A stretch of 64,000 nt of DNA, taken from positions 787-64,786 of the forward strand of contig CAUTOX010000002.1 in NCBI GenBank assembly GCA_963539665.1, in the 5' to 3' direction. Positions 31,189-41,529 of this stretch are shown in pieces (position 1 is the stretch's first letter; each line of letters begins with the position of its first letter). Origin of the DNA: an uncultured Treponema sp. (GTDB lineage: Bacteria > Spirochaetota > Spirochaetia > Treponematales > Treponemataceae). Made by a program: the position numbers and the translations under genes. The notes under the pieces were generated by a model. The model saw nothing but the letters and a program-made list of their open reading frames with translations, had not been told where the DNA came from and ran no database searches.

Positions 31189-32901
31189 ATGAAACAAAAT
31201 GAAAGTGAACAGACTTTAGGTCAAACCAATGCAGCTGATCTTGATTTACTGCGCATTTTAAAAGAGTACGCATTGCCGCTTCTGGTTGCAAAACCGGTTT
31301 TTACCGATTCGAAAATAACGGATTTTGAAATTGTATTCAAAAATGAAGCGTTTTCGTCGCAACTCAATCATATCTGCACCGATTGTAAATATTATTCGGA
31401 AATGAAAGACAACCTAAGCAGCTTGATTGATTGGTTCGATTTGGCTGTCAGCGCGTCTGCCGGTAAGACGATTGAACCGATCATCTACAAATCGGAAGCG
31501 ACGGACAGGTGGCTCCGTGTGGTTATAAAAAGCGCTGCGCAGGGCGAAGTTATTTTTACGCTGGAAAACATAACGAATGAAATTGCAACGGATATGAAGC
31601 TGCGGGATTCCATGTACCGCGATTTTTTGACCGGCTTACAAAACCGCGCAAAGTTTTCGGAAGACATTGCCGCATATATCGAAAAAGCGGACACAGCTCA
31701 TACGCAACTCGGCCTGCTGCTCATCGACATTGACAACATGAAGAACCTCAATGATTTACGGGGGTATCGCGAAGGCGATGCGCTGCTGCGCAAGGCGGCT
31801 GATTTGCTCCGCACTTTTGAAAAGAACGGCATCGCCTGCTATCGCTTTGGCGATGATGCGTTTATGGTCATCATGCCGAATATGCCGACGCTCGATTCGC
31901 TTGCGAACACGACGGATGCGATTTTTGAAGCGCTTACGGCGCAAAATATACCCGTTTCCGGCGGAGTGGCGGCGTATCCGGAGAATTCCGGTTCGGCGGA
32001 CGACTTGCTGCGCTTTGCAGACATTGCCGTGCACTGCGCAAAAAAAGACGGCAAGGGGCGTTTCGTCTTCTTTAAACCGGATATGCAGCTCCTGTTCATT
32101 CAAAAGCTCAACATGCAGACAAAAATGAACGAGGCGGTTTACTGCGAATCGTTCCATTTGGAGTACCAGCCGCAGTTCGACATAAAAAGCGGGCAGTTGC
32201 GCGGGTTTGAGGCGCTCATCCGCTGGCATGACAAGGAGCTTGGCAATATATCGCCGGCGGTGTTTATTCCGGTTGCGGAAGAAAGTGGGCTGATTCTGCC
32301 GATAAGCGCGTGGGTTTTGAAGACGGCGTTTTCCGCGCTCAAAAAGTGGCAGCAGGATTTTAATTTCGACGGGCTGCTTTCGGTCAATATATCGCCGCTG
32401 CATCTTAAACAGCCGTCATTTATTTCCGAACTTTCAACGCTCCTGTGCGCCTATGACATAAAGCCAGAATCCATCGAGCTTGAAATTACCGAAGGCATTA
32501 TGATTGATAATATGGATGAAACGATAGCAAAGCTGATGCGGCTCAAGGAAATGGGCTTCCGTATTTCGCTTGACGACTTTGGAACCGGCTATTCCTCGCT
32601 TAGTTATTTGCAAACGCTGCCGCTGACTACGCTGAAAATCGATAAATCGTTTATTACTAACATAACTGCAAAAGACGGCGTACAGGCGAACATCACTGAT
32701 TCGATTATCAAGATGGTTTCAAAGATGGGATTGGAAACGATTGCCGAAGGCGTAGAGCACCCCGCGCAGCTTGCGCTGCTTAAAAAACTTGACTGCCACA
32801 TCGTACAAGGATTTTTACGCGGCAAACCAATGTCGGAAGAGCATTGTCGCAGCTACCTCAGCGGCGATGCGGATGCGCTTATCGTCGAAAAAAAAGAATA
32901 G
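31189..32901 (+). CDS. GGDEF-EAL protein: degenerate GGDEF domain plus intact EAL c-di-GMP phosphodiesterase domain
   Basis: The GGDEF position reads RFGDDAF (degenerate). EAL-domain motifs present: FEALIRW, DDFGTGYSSL, KIDKSF, EGVE and QGF. Confidence 0.85.
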   Translation: MKQNESEQTLGQTNAADLDLLRILKEYALPLLVAKPVFTDSKITDFEIVFKNEAFSSQLNHICTDCKYYSEMKDNLSSLIDWFDLAVSASAGKTIEPIIYKSEATDRWLRVVIKSAAQGEVIFTLENITNEIATDMKLRDSMYRDFLTGLQNRAKFSEDIAAYIEKADTAHTQLGLLLIDIDNMKNLNDLRGYREGDALLRKAADLLRTFEKNGIACYRFGDDAFMVIMPNMPTLDSLANTTDAIFEALTAQNIPVSGGVAAYPENSGSADDLLRFADIAVHCAKKDGKGRFVFFKPDMQLLFIQKLNMQTKMNEAVYCESFHLEYQPQFDIKSGQLRGFEALIRWHDKELGNISPAVFIPVAEESGLILPISAWVLKTAFSALKKWQQDFNFDGLLSVNISPLHLKQPSFISELSTLLCAYDIKPESIELEITEGIMIDNMDETIAKLMRLKEMGFRISLDDFGTGYSSLSYLQTLPLTTLKIDKSFITNITAKDGVQANITDSIIKMVSKMGLETIAEGVEHPAQLALLKKLDCHIVQGFLRGKPMSEEHCRSYLSGDADALIVEKKE

Positions 32902-33361
32902 CGAGCGGAACAACCTATCTGCATTGCGGCGGTCAATCGGAGACTGGTGCGCTTGCGGCTTTCCGAAAAACAACTTCCGTTTCGGATGCGCCCCAATGCA
33001 GCATGAGAGCATCGCCCTTCCGCACGAATAATTTTCCGCCGCCTCCAACAGCTGGACAATGCAAGGAATGCCGCAACTAAAATGGGATGCGGTACAGGCA
33101 TTTGGCGGAGTTGCCTCTGACGGCTTGCCGTGTACATAAAAGACCTGTTTCTAAACGGAAGGTACCGAACTGGTTTAAAATAATCGATTTTTACAGTGTA
33201 TTTATCGATTGTATGATATAATCGCCGCACGTTTGCGCGTTGGCTTTGCAAAGCGGTGAATCTGTTTTTATCGCGGTCGCTGCATACGGTCAATCAAAAT
33301 GCCTTAAAAAGGAGCGTATCCTTCGCTTCTCTAAATAAAACGGATTATTTTCACAATTGAG

Positions 33362-34759
33362 GTGAATATGTATCGGTCAAGCAAAAGACTTTCCGCAGTT
33401 CTGATCAATTTGTTCGTTCTTGTTCTGTCTGTTGCGCTTTCAATTGCGTTGGTTTTTGAAAACGGCAGCGATTCAAATACGCTCGTTTCCGTAATTCTTC
33501 CGTTTATGACGTTTATCGCACTGCTTTCTATCGGATTGGCACTCAAAAGGGGAATCGACAAGCGGCTCCGCAAGCGGTATTTAGATTCGGGAGAAACGAA
33601 GCTGCTTGAAAATTTTATTGACCGGCTGCGTTTCTGCTATTCTTTTGACGACTTGTACAAGGCGATTGCAGAAACGCTTGAGTTAGAAGCGGATTGCGCG
33701 GTTTTATTTATTGACCGCGAAAAAAATTACGTGCTCTACAACAGTCCTGCCCGGCTTGCATCCCATCCGGAAACCCGAAAAACACTTTCAAACAATTTCA
33801 CGGAGCAATGGAAGGACGGTTTTTATTTTCTCGGCAGCAATTTGGGCGTTGTTTCTACGCATAAACTTGCGCGCGGTTTTCTGCTATGCAGCCAAAAGCG
33901 CCAGTTTTTTGTGTTTAACCAGTATACGCGGATGTTTGACAGCGAGATTTACGGCAAGCTCTACGAAGAATACGTGCGCTTTCTTTCCCGAATAAAAATA
34001 ATCGCGAATCTTTCTGAAATTTCGGCGTTGACGAAGGAATGGGAGCAGTTGGCCGAAACGCAAGTGTCTTTCCTGCCGCACAAGATTCCGGAGATTCCGC
34101 ATTTGAAGATTGCGACATATTACCGTCCGCTCGTCAATGTTTCCGGCGACTATTACACAATTCTACCGCTTTCAAAATCCAAAACGCTTTTGATGCTCGG
34201 CGATGTTTCTGGAAAGGGACTGCCGGCAGCGCTCATCATGGGACTGGTTATGAATACGGTCAAAATAAAGGAAAATAAAGAAGATTTGGCGGAATTGGTA
34301 CAAGCGGTTGACAAGGCGATTAAAGGAATGCGCTTGCAGGATAAATACACCGTCCTATTCTTGGGAATTGTCGATACGGAAAAAATGAAAATCACGTACA
34401 TAAACGCCTCCATGTCCGACCCGATTATTTTGTCGCGCGCACCGGACGGCTACCGGATCAAGTCGCTTGTATCGAATGCGAGCCTTGTTGGGATTATCGC
34501 AATGGATGACGTTTCCGTGTCCGAGCACCGACTTTTTCGCGGAGACACGATTCTCCTTGCTTCCGACGGCGTTTCAGAAGTCATGGATGATAAGGGCGTA
34601 GAACTCGGCGACACGGAGATTTTTAAGGCGACGCTGCAAGCCGGAGCCGCCAAGCAGCCGCAGCAGATGGTAGATGATATTGTGAAGCTCATTATGGATT
34701 ATAACGGCGACAAGCGTCTGCACGATGATGTAACCATGATGATTGCAAAGGTAGGCTGA
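33362..34759 (+). CDS. Membrane-anchored SpoIIE/PP2C-family serine phosphatase
   Basis: N-terminal TM helices. C-terminal PP2C motifs: SGDYYTI...LMLGDVSGKGLPAAL...ASDGVSE...DDVTMM. The ATG at 33368 is the likely start. Confidence 0.8.
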   Translation: MNMYRSSKRLSAVLINLFVLVLSVALSIALVFENGSDSNTLVSVILPFMTFIALLSIGLALKRGIDKRLRKRYLDSGETKLLENFIDRLRFCYSFDDLYKAIAETLELEADCAVLFIDREKNYVLYNSPARLASHPETRKTLSNNFTEQWKDGFYFLGSNLGVVSTHKLARGFLLCSQKRQFFVFNQYTRMFDSEIYGKLYEEYVRFLSRIKIIANLSEISALTKEWEQLAETQVSFLPHKIPEIPHLKIATYYRPLVNVSGDYYTILPLSKSKTLLMLGDVSGKGLPAALIMGLVMNTVKIKENKEDLAELVQAVDKAIKGMRLQDKYTVLFLGIVDTEKMKITYINASMSDPIILSRAPDGYRIKSLVSNASLVGIIAMDDVSVSEHRLFRGDTILLASDGVSEVMDDKGVELGDTEIFKATLQAGAAKQPQQMVDDIVKLIMDYNGDKRLHDDVTMMIAKVG

Positions 34760-34760
34760 T

Positions 34761-36989
34761 ATGCTTTTTATGTTACTGAATCTTGCTTTTGCGCTCTTTT
34801 TTGCGTTTGAGACAGCTTATGTTACGCGGGTTGCAAGTAAGTACGGCGATGAAAATAATCCGGTTATTAATAATATTCTGCTTGCGATTGTTCCCGTTTC
34901 AATTCTTGCGCTTGCCATTGCAACGCGGAATTTTCTTACTCCGCCGCTGTTTACCGCTATGCTGCGCCTATGCTTTCTGGTTGAAGGCATCCTACTCGTC
35001 AATATTGCGTTTTGTTTTCCCTATTATGCGTGGAAGCATTCAAATCTCCTGCTGCGGATAATAAAGCTCCTGCTGTATATCGGCGTGTTTTTGGTTGTGC
35101 ACTTTAAGTTCCGCGCTATTACGATAACGCTCAGCGAGGGAATGCGCGTTGAGTCCGATTATTTGTTTACCGGACTTGCGCATAAATATTTTCCGTGGAC
35201 TTGGGTAACGCTCTTTCACTTTTTTTTCCGCTATTTGATTCCTGCATTCATGTGTATTCTGATGCTCGTGCATAACGATATGTTTTCAGCAAAGCTTGGG
35301 CAATACAAGGGCTATCTGCATACCGCAGCACTTGCTGCAATGTGGCTGACGGCGTATTTGCTCCAAAAAGTTTCCGCAGTTTACGGAGGATACAATCTGC
35401 TCCACTTTGCTATATACATTCCGCTGCTGGTTATTATTCCCGCCGCGTCTTGGCTGCCCTCCGCGCCGTCCGGCAAGGCGTTGCTCATCTTTATTCTGAA
35501 GTGGATTGCGCTCTATATACTGCCGGCATTGATTTTGGGGCTGTTTTTTGTCTTTCTCCATCAATTTGCAATGCGGAATATGCTGCTCTTTGCGGCGATT
35601 GCGTGCTCTGGAACGGGGATTGCGCTGGGGCTTGTTACCGTTATTTCGGAAATTATTCAGAATACGCGGCTCGGCCATACGTCCGACTACGCTACGATTT
35701 TCGAAAAGGAGCTTGCAGCGATTGACTACACGGACGAAATGGATTCGATTGCGAATACGATGTTCAAGATATTCCGAAAAAATGCGGAAGCCTCTTCCAT
35801 GTCGGTATTTATCAACGGCGGCAACAGCACCTTTGAGACGGCCTATTCTTCTACGGGGCGCAAAACGAATCTGACCGGCCTCGACCGGCTCTTTGAATCG
35901 CTGCTCAATATCGGAAAAACCGTCGTCATTTACAACGAACTGGAAACGCTCTATGCGCTTGTTTCGATTAAAGACCAGTTGGAAAAGTTTTTTTCTGACA
36001 CCCATTCCGACGCGCTGTTCATCTTGAACGAAGGGCGCGACGTACACGGCTTTATTCTGCTCGGACTAAAAGAAAGCCGCGACCATTACCGCGAGTACGA
36101 TTTAAATATTTTTACGAAGCTGTATTCGTATTTTTTCGTGTTCGGCTATTATATGCGCAATATTTCCAACAAGGAAATCATCGGCACGGTCAACCGCGAA
36201 CTGCGTATGTCGTCGCAAATCATTACGTCCATTCAAGAGAACATTGACGCGCTGAATAACCCGAAAATCGATGCGGGACATCTTATGATTCCGGCGCACA
36301 ATATCGGCGGCGAATTTGTCGATATGATTCGCCTGACGGATACGCGGCATCTTTTTGTAGTCGGCGATTTGAGCGGCAAAGGCATCGCCGCCAGCATGAG
36401 CATGGTTATCCTCAAAGCGATTATTCGCGAGTATCTTGCAGAAACGCATGACTTTAAGCAGCTGGTCGTGAAGGTTAATTCATTTATACGCAACAATTTA
36501 CAGAAGGGCACGATTTTTTCCGGTATGTTCGCAATTATGAATTTTGAAAACGACACGCTGTATTACATCAACTGCGGCATACCGGCCATGCTGCTGTACA
36601 CGCAAGCGTACAATAACGTCATCGAGATTCAGGGAGCCGGCCATTATTTGGGCTTCGTGTCCGACATTGCGCCGTATCTTTCCATTAAGCAGATAAAACT
36701 GCATGAATCGGATATTGTGCTGACCTGTACGCACGGCTTAACTGAGTCGCATTCGCTGAGAGGCGAGGAGTACGGCAAAGAGCGCATTCAGCGCAACATG
36801 GTTGCCAATTCAATGTATCCGGCGCATCGTATGGTTCGTTTCTTGTATGATGACTTGACGAAATTCATGTCGCACGAAATGGAAGACGACGTGAGCATCT
36901 TGGTGCTCAAATATTTGAAGACCAATGAGACGGAAAAAGCGGAAGCAGAGAGGCGGAACGAAGCGGAATCGTTTGCCCCGGAGCAATAA
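34761..36989 (+). CDS. Polytopic membrane SpoIIE/PP2C-family serine phosphatase
   Basis: About 9 TM helices, then a PP2C domain (GGEFVDMI...VVGDLSGKGIAASM...THGLTES...DDVSILV). Confidence 0.8.
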   Translation: MLFMLLNLAFALFFAFETAYVTRVASKYGDENNPVINNILLAIVPVSILALAIATRNFLTPPLFTAMLRLCFLVEGILLVNIAFCFPYYAWKHSNLLLRIIKLLLYIGVFLVVHFKFRAITITLSEGMRVESDYLFTGLAHKYFPWTWVTLFHFFFRYLIPAFMCILMLVHNDMFSAKLGQYKGYLHTAALAAMWLTAYLLQKVSAVYGGYNLLHFAIYIPLLVIIPAASWLPSAPSGKALLIFILKWIALYILPALILGLFFVFLHQFAMRNMLLFAAIACSGTGIALGLVTVISEIIQNTRLGHTSDYATIFEKELAAIDYTDEMDSIANTMFKIFRKNAEASSMSVFINGGNSTFETAYSSTGRKTNLTGLDRLFESLLNIGKTVVIYNELETLYALVSIKDQLEKFFSDTHSDALFILNEGRDVHGFILLGLKESRDHYREYDLNIFTKLYSYFFVFGYYMRNISNKEIIGTVNRELRMSSQIITSIQENIDALNNPKIDAGHLMIPAHNIGGEFVDMIRLTDTRHLFVVGDLSGKGIAASMSMVILKAIIREYLAETHDFKQLVVKVNSFIRNNLQKGTIFSGMFAIMNFENDTLYYINCGIPAMLLYTQAYNNVIEIQGAGHYLGFVSDIAPYLSIKQIKLHESDIVLTCTHGLTESHSLRGEEYGKERIQRNMVANSMYPAHRMVRFLYDDLTKFMSHEMEDDVSILVLKYLKTNETEKAEAERRNEAESFAPEQ

Positions 36990-37022
36990 TCGCGCCGCCC
37001 GCTGATTTGAGAGGAGAAATGA

Positions 37023-37349
37023 ATGGAACAGTTGGACGTAATTCAGAAAGAAGGTTCGAACTACGTGCTTTTTGGCTTGAGCGGCGCATTTAACGCATAC
37101 ACGGCGGTGAATGCGCAGACGAAAATATATGAAGAAATACAGAAAAATAATGTCGTCCTCGAATTATCGAAACTCATTGAACTCGATGATGCCGGCATGG
37201 GCATCATTATGGCCGCTCACAATGATGCCTGCGAATCCGGCAAAAAACTCTATCTGCTGTCGCTTTCCAATGAAGCGGATAAAGTAATCTCACGCACCGG
37301 ATTTAAGGATGTTTTCAATATCATAAATGCAGTAACCGAAGTGATATAA
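37023..37349 (+). CDS. STAS-domain anti-sigma-factor antagonist (SpoIIAA/RsbV-like)
   Basis: 108 aa. The size, the pattern (VVLELSKLIELDDAGMGIIMAAHN...LYLLSLSNEADKVISRTGF) and the position directly after two SpoIIE phosphatases all fit. Confidence 0.7.
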   Translation: MEQLDVIQKEGSNYVLFGLSGAFNAYTAVNAQTKIYEEIQKNNVVLELSKLIELDDAGMGIIMAAHNDACESGKKLYLLSLSNEADKVISRTGFKDVFNIINAVTEVI

Positions 37350-37625
37350 AAGGAACGCAGGAGCGGCGACGTTTCTTTTGCGGCTTCTTGCTGCCCCTCG
37401 CCGTATTTGCTTTTGCCGCTCGCCTGTACATTTCGGGACAGGAGAGGAAAGCGGCATACGCCCGCGTATACAAAGCGTTTTTATTGACAAGTATACGGGA
37501 CTGGAAAATTCTCAAATCCTCCGCAACATTCCCTCATTTTTCAAAGTTGATTTACGCCTGTAGCTTTCCTTGCAACTTGCAATCAATCTTGCAGAGCGTT
37601 TTTAAGTGGTGCTATAATCGGCCGC

Positions 37626-38711
37626 ATGGAAAAGACGGCTATAAAGACGATTGGCATTCTGACTTCAGGCGGAGACGCGCCCGGCTTGAATTCGGCAATT
37701 CGCGGGATTTGCAGGTCTGCGATGAATAATTATGGAATCAAAATCATCGGCATTCGGAACGGCTTCCGCGGTTTGGTGAACGATGATTGTTTTGAACTAA
37801 AATCCGAAGATGTGTCGGGCATTTTGACCAGAGGCGGAACGATTTTGGGAACGGCGCGCGACAAACCGTTCAAGAATCCGGTTCCAAACCCGAAGACAGG
37901 TCTTTTGCCGCTTGAGGCGATTCAAAAGAGCTGGCGAAAGTGGAAGCTCGACGCGCTGGCGGTACTGGGAGGGAATGGGACAAACACGACTGGCAGCTTG
38001 CTTGCGGACGAAGGCTTTAATGTCGTCGGGCTGCCGAAAACAATCGACAACGATATTGTCGGCTCCGATATTACGTTCGGCTTTCATACGGCGGTTGACG
38101 TTGCAGCCGAAGCTATTGACCGCATTCACACGACGGCGCACAGTCACAGCCGCGTGATGGTTGTCGAAGTAATGGGGCACAAGGCGGGCTGGCTTGGGCT
38201 GTATTCGGGAATTGCTGGCGGCGGCGATGTTGTTTTGCTGCCGGAGATTCCGTATGACATTCAGTCGGTTGCCGCAGAAATTCTCCGCCGCCGCGATGCG
38301 GGTAAGGATTTTTCTATTGTGGTTGTTGCCGAAGGCGCACTGTCGAAGGATGAAGCGAAATTGGACAAAAAGGCGTTTAAGAAAAGCCGCCGCGAGATGC
38401 CGTATTCCATCGGGTACCGGGTGGCGCACGAGCTTGAAAGCGCAACCGGCCTTGAGTCGCGCGTAACGGTACTCGGCTACTTGCAGCGCGGCGGAACGCC
38501 GTCCCCGTATGACCGCGTGCTTGCGACGCGCTTCGGTGTGGCTGCGACAGATTTTATCGTCAACGGCAGATTCGGAAATCTCGTTGCCATGCAGGATAAT
38601 AAGATCGTTGCCGTCCCGCTGAAAGAGCTTGCCGGCAAAGTGAAAAATATTCCCCTTGACCATCCACTTTTGGCAAGCGGACGCGCAGTAGGAATGAGTT
38701 TTGGCGAGTGA
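37626..38711 (+). CDS. pfkA: 6-phosphofructokinase
   Basis: GILTSGGDAPGLNSAIRG, GGNGT, PKTIDNDI, MGHKAGW and LGYLQRGG motifs. ATP versus PPi specificity was not determined. Confidence 0.9.
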   Translation: MEKTAIKTIGILTSGGDAPGLNSAIRGICRSAMNNYGIKIIGIRNGFRGLVNDDCFELKSEDVSGILTRGGTILGTARDKPFKNPVPNPKTGLLPLEAIQKSWRKWKLDALAVLGGNGTNTTGSLLADEGFNVVGLPKTIDNDIVGSDITFGFHTAVDVAAEAIDRIHTTAHSHSRVMVVEVMGHKAGWLGLYSGIAGGGDVVLLPEIPYDIQSVAAEILRRRDAGKDFSIVVVAEGALSKDEAKLDKKAFKKSRREMPYSIGYRVAHELESATGLESRVTVLGYLQRGGTPSPYDRVLATRFGVAATDFIVNGRFGNLVAMQDNKIVAVPLKELAGKVKNIPLDHPLLASGRAVGMSFGE

Positions 38712-39588
38712 TTTTAAGTGTCGTTTTTGCAATGTCTGTAATGGGTACGGCTGTAAGGGCGAAATGCCGGGCATGGGGGGCGTTGACGACAGCCGCAATT
38801 TTATCTTGAACTGCGCAGACTGGGAAAAAATATATCATGCTGCCCTCCGTGATGGGAGTGCGCATGAAATCGACCGTATTCGGGTTAAAGCGGCGCACAT
38901 CGGGATTGCTCCGGTAACGGGCGCCGTTCAAAATGTCGGCTTTCAAAACGAACATGATTTTTACCTGCCGTATTTTACCGCTGCATATAACTGCGGCATT
39001 TTAGTCTGCACGGGCGATGGCGCGCCGGATGACAAGCTCGCGCTCAGCATCGAGGCAGTGCGGTCGCTCGGAACAAAGGCGTATTGCTTCCTCAAGCCCT
39101 ATCCCGACGATAACCTTTTGCGCCGCGTTGCGCTCGTCAAGGATCATGCGCTGGCAATCGGGATGGATATCGATGCGTACAATATTGTGTCGATGCGCGA
39201 TCAAGTGCGGCTGGAACGGAAAACGGCGGAGCAGATTGCATGGTTGCGCGGCGTTTCAAACCTGCCGCTCATGCTGAAAGGTATTTTTACGCCTGACGAC
39301 ATTGCGCTCTGCCGCGCTGTGCGGCCGGATATTGCGGTTGTCTCAAACCACGGCGGACGGGTGGATACCTGCATCGGTAGTACGGCGGAATTCTTAAAAG
39401 CGGCGGCGGGCGAATTGCATTCGTGTTGCGGAGAAGTATGGGTTGACGGCGGCATCCGTACCAAGCGCGACATCCAAACAGCGCTCTATCTTGGCGCTGA
39501 CCGCGTACTCATCGGCCGACCGTTCATCACTGCCGTTTGCAGAAGCGTTGGCACGATGGAAAACGCAATCCGCTCGCTGCTCGGCTGA
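38701..39588 (+). CDS. FMN-dependent alpha-hydroxy-acid dehydrogenase/oxidase family protein with an N-terminal Cys-rich motif
   Basis: SNHGGR, DGGIRTKRDI and LGADRVLIGRPF motifs. The N-terminus reads CRFCNVCNGYGC...PGMGG. A non-ATG (TTG) start overlaps the pfkA end, so the start is uncertain. Confidence 0.7.
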   Translation: MASDFKCRFCNVCNGYGCKGEMPGMGGVDDSRNFILNCADWEKIYHAALRDGSAHEIDRIRVKAAHIGIAPVTGAVQNVGFQNEHDFYLPYFTAAYNCGILVCTGDGAPDDKLALSIEAVRSLGTKAYCFLKPYPDDNLLRRVALVKDHALAIGMDIDAYNIVSMRDQVRLERKTAEQIAWLRGVSNLPLMLKGIFTPDDIALCRAVRPDIAVVSNHGGRVDTCIGSTAEFLKAAAGELHSCCGEVWVDGGIRTKRDIQTALYLGADRVLIGRPFITAVCRSVGTMENAIRSLLG

Positions 39589-40017
39589 ATGGGGCGCCCG
39601 TTAGCTCTGTTGCGCCGCGCGGCCGGATATTGCGGCTGTCTCAAACCGCGGCGGACGGGTGATACCAGCATCGGTAGTACGGCGGAATTCTTAAAAGCGG
39701 CGGCGGGCGAATTGCATTCGTGTTGCGGAGAAGTATGGGTTGACGGCGGCATCCGTACCAAGCGCGACATCCAAACAGCGCTCTATCTTGGCGCTGACCG
39801 CGTACTCATCGGCCGACCGTTCATCACTGCCGTTTGCAGAAGCGTTGGCACGATGGAAAACGCAATCCGCTCGCTGCTCGGCTGAATGGGGCGCCCGTTA
39901 GCTCTGTTGCGCCGCGCGGCCGGATATTGCGGCTGTCTCAAACCGCGGCGGACGGGTGATACCAGCATCGGTAGTACGGCGGAATTCTTAAAAGCGGCGG
40001 CGGGCGAATTGCATTCG
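39292..40017. repeat. Tandem repeat, 297-bp unit, about 2.4 copies: the 3' end of the preceding gene (with its stop codon) is reiterated
   Basis: ORFs 39589..39885 and 39886..40119 both encode ...IGSTAEFLKAAAGELHSCCGEVWVDGGIRTKRDIQTALYLGADRVLIGRPFITAVCRSVGTMENAIRSLLG, identical to the C-terminus of 38701..39588. Confidence 0.9.
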
Positions 40018-40178
40018 CGCTGCGGCAAAACGCGCTGCCTGAAAACCATTGCGGCCGTCGCCTTATATATACTTCTTTACCTGCGTTCTCGCAGTTTTCA
40101 TATTTTTCTGCACGGATGAGATGAGAGCTGCGGGATGTTGCGCTCTGAATCTTTCCCGCCTATTTTCGACACCGCATT

Positions 40179-41495
40179 TTACGCAACACGCGCGGCAAGA
40201 ATCATTGCCGCCGCTTTGTCGAATGTGAGGCCGGATGTAACTTCGCGCGTTTTAAGATTTTTGAGCGAAAGCGTGCCGGCGGAAGCGTCTTCTTCGGAAA
40301 TCAAGATGCCCCACGTAACGCCTTTCGCCTCCGCAACGGCATACTGCTGCGCCATCTTTTTCTGGTCGGGGAAGACCTCAACCAAAATCCCGCGGGCACG
40401 GAGCGCGGCGGCAGTCTTTTGATAGTGAACGAAATGCGCCTCGCACTGGCAGAAAATCTCCGCATCAAGGTAGCTTGTCTTCTTTTCAAGCCGTCCAAGC
40501 TGTTCGAGCGCGGCAATTAACCGGTCAAGTCCAATGCTGCCGCCGACACCCGGAATGCGCTCTTTTGTGTAGAGGGCGGTCAAATTGTCGTAGCGGCCGC
40601 CGGAGCAAATGGAGCCGATGGACGGCAGGTCGATTAAAAATGTTTCGTACACGAGGCCGGTGTAGTAATCAAGGCCGCGCGTAATCGTTGGATCAAAGAC
40701 GAACGCGGCTTCAATTCCAGCCGCGCACATCATCGCATATAGCGCGCGCATCCGCTCGCCGTCCGCCGCAATGCCTCCGGCAAGGCCTTCAAGCCGAGAT
40801 ACCGTCTCTAAAAACCCCTCTCCGGCAGGAACTCGAATGTAGCCGGTAATTTTTGCGGCAGCCTCCGCCCCGCAAAGCTCCGTAAGCTGGGCTTGCACCG
40901 CATCATCGCCGATTTTTGTACGCTTATCCACGGTGCGGAGAATCTCATCGCTTTTGTCCGCCACTCCTTCCGCCGCTAAAAATCTGCCGAACAAGCCGCG
41001 GTGATTTACGTGAATGCTGATGCCGCCCGCGCCAGCCGCTTCAAGCGCCTCTTTCATGACATTTAGAATCTCAAAATCGGAAGCCGCGCTGTCGGAACCG
41101 ACCGTATCGATGTCGCACTGCACAAATTCCCGATACCGCCCGGCCTGCGGCTTTTCCCCGCGCCACACCTTTGCAACGTGATAACGCTTGAACGGCACAT
41201 AGAGCGAACTGCGGTGTTCGGCCGTAAAGCGCGCAAACGGCACGGTTAAATCGAAGCGCAGCGCAACGTCTCGGCCGCCGTTGTCTTCAAATCGGAACAC
41301 CTGCTTTTCTGTCTCCCCATTGCTTTTGCGCAGGAGAATATCCGAATACTCGATCGCCGGCGTGTCGATCGGCACAAATCCGAACGAACGATACACGGCC
41401 GTTATTTTTTCGATAAGCGAAGTCCGCGCAATCTCCGCTTCCGGCAAAGAATCGCGGAACCCTTTGAGAATCCTTGGTTGAATGAGCGTATTCAT
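40179..41495 (-). CDS. hisS: Histidine--tRNA ligase
   Basis: Class II aaRS motifs (GFRD..., RYREFVQCD, GGRYD) and a C-terminal anticodon-binding domain. 438 aa. Confidence 0.9.
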   Translation of the reverse strand: MNTLIQPRILKGFRDSLPEAEIARTSLIEKITAVYRSFGFVPIDTPAIEYSDILLRKSNGETEKQVFRFEDNGGRDVALRFDLTVPFARFTAEHRSSLYVPFKRYHVAKVWRGEKPQAGRYREFVQCDIDTVGSDSAASDFEILNVMKEALEAAGAGGISIHVNHRGLFGRFLAAEGVADKSDEILRTVDKRTKIGDDAVQAQLTELCGAEAAAKITGYIRVPAGEGFLETVSRLEGLAGGIAADGERMRALYAMMCAAGIEAAFVFDPTITRGLDYYTGLVYETFLIDLPSIGSICSGGRYDNLTALYTKERIPGVGGSIGLDRLIAALEQLGRLEKKTSYLDAEIFCQCEAHFVHYQKTAAALRARGILVEVFPDQKKMAQQYAVAEAKGVTWGILISEEDASAGTLSLKNLKTREVTSGLTFDKAAAMILAARVA

Positions 41496-41529
41496 GCAGG
41501 TATACTAGTTAAAAAGAGGAGAAGTAACA

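Noticed and set aside
39589-40119. ORFs 39589..39885 and 39886..40119 as independent small genes.
   Set aside because: They are copies of the 3' end of 38701..39588 created by the 297-bp tandem repeat. Only the C-terminal part is in the native frame. They are treated as duplication products and flagged as a finding, not annotated as CDS.
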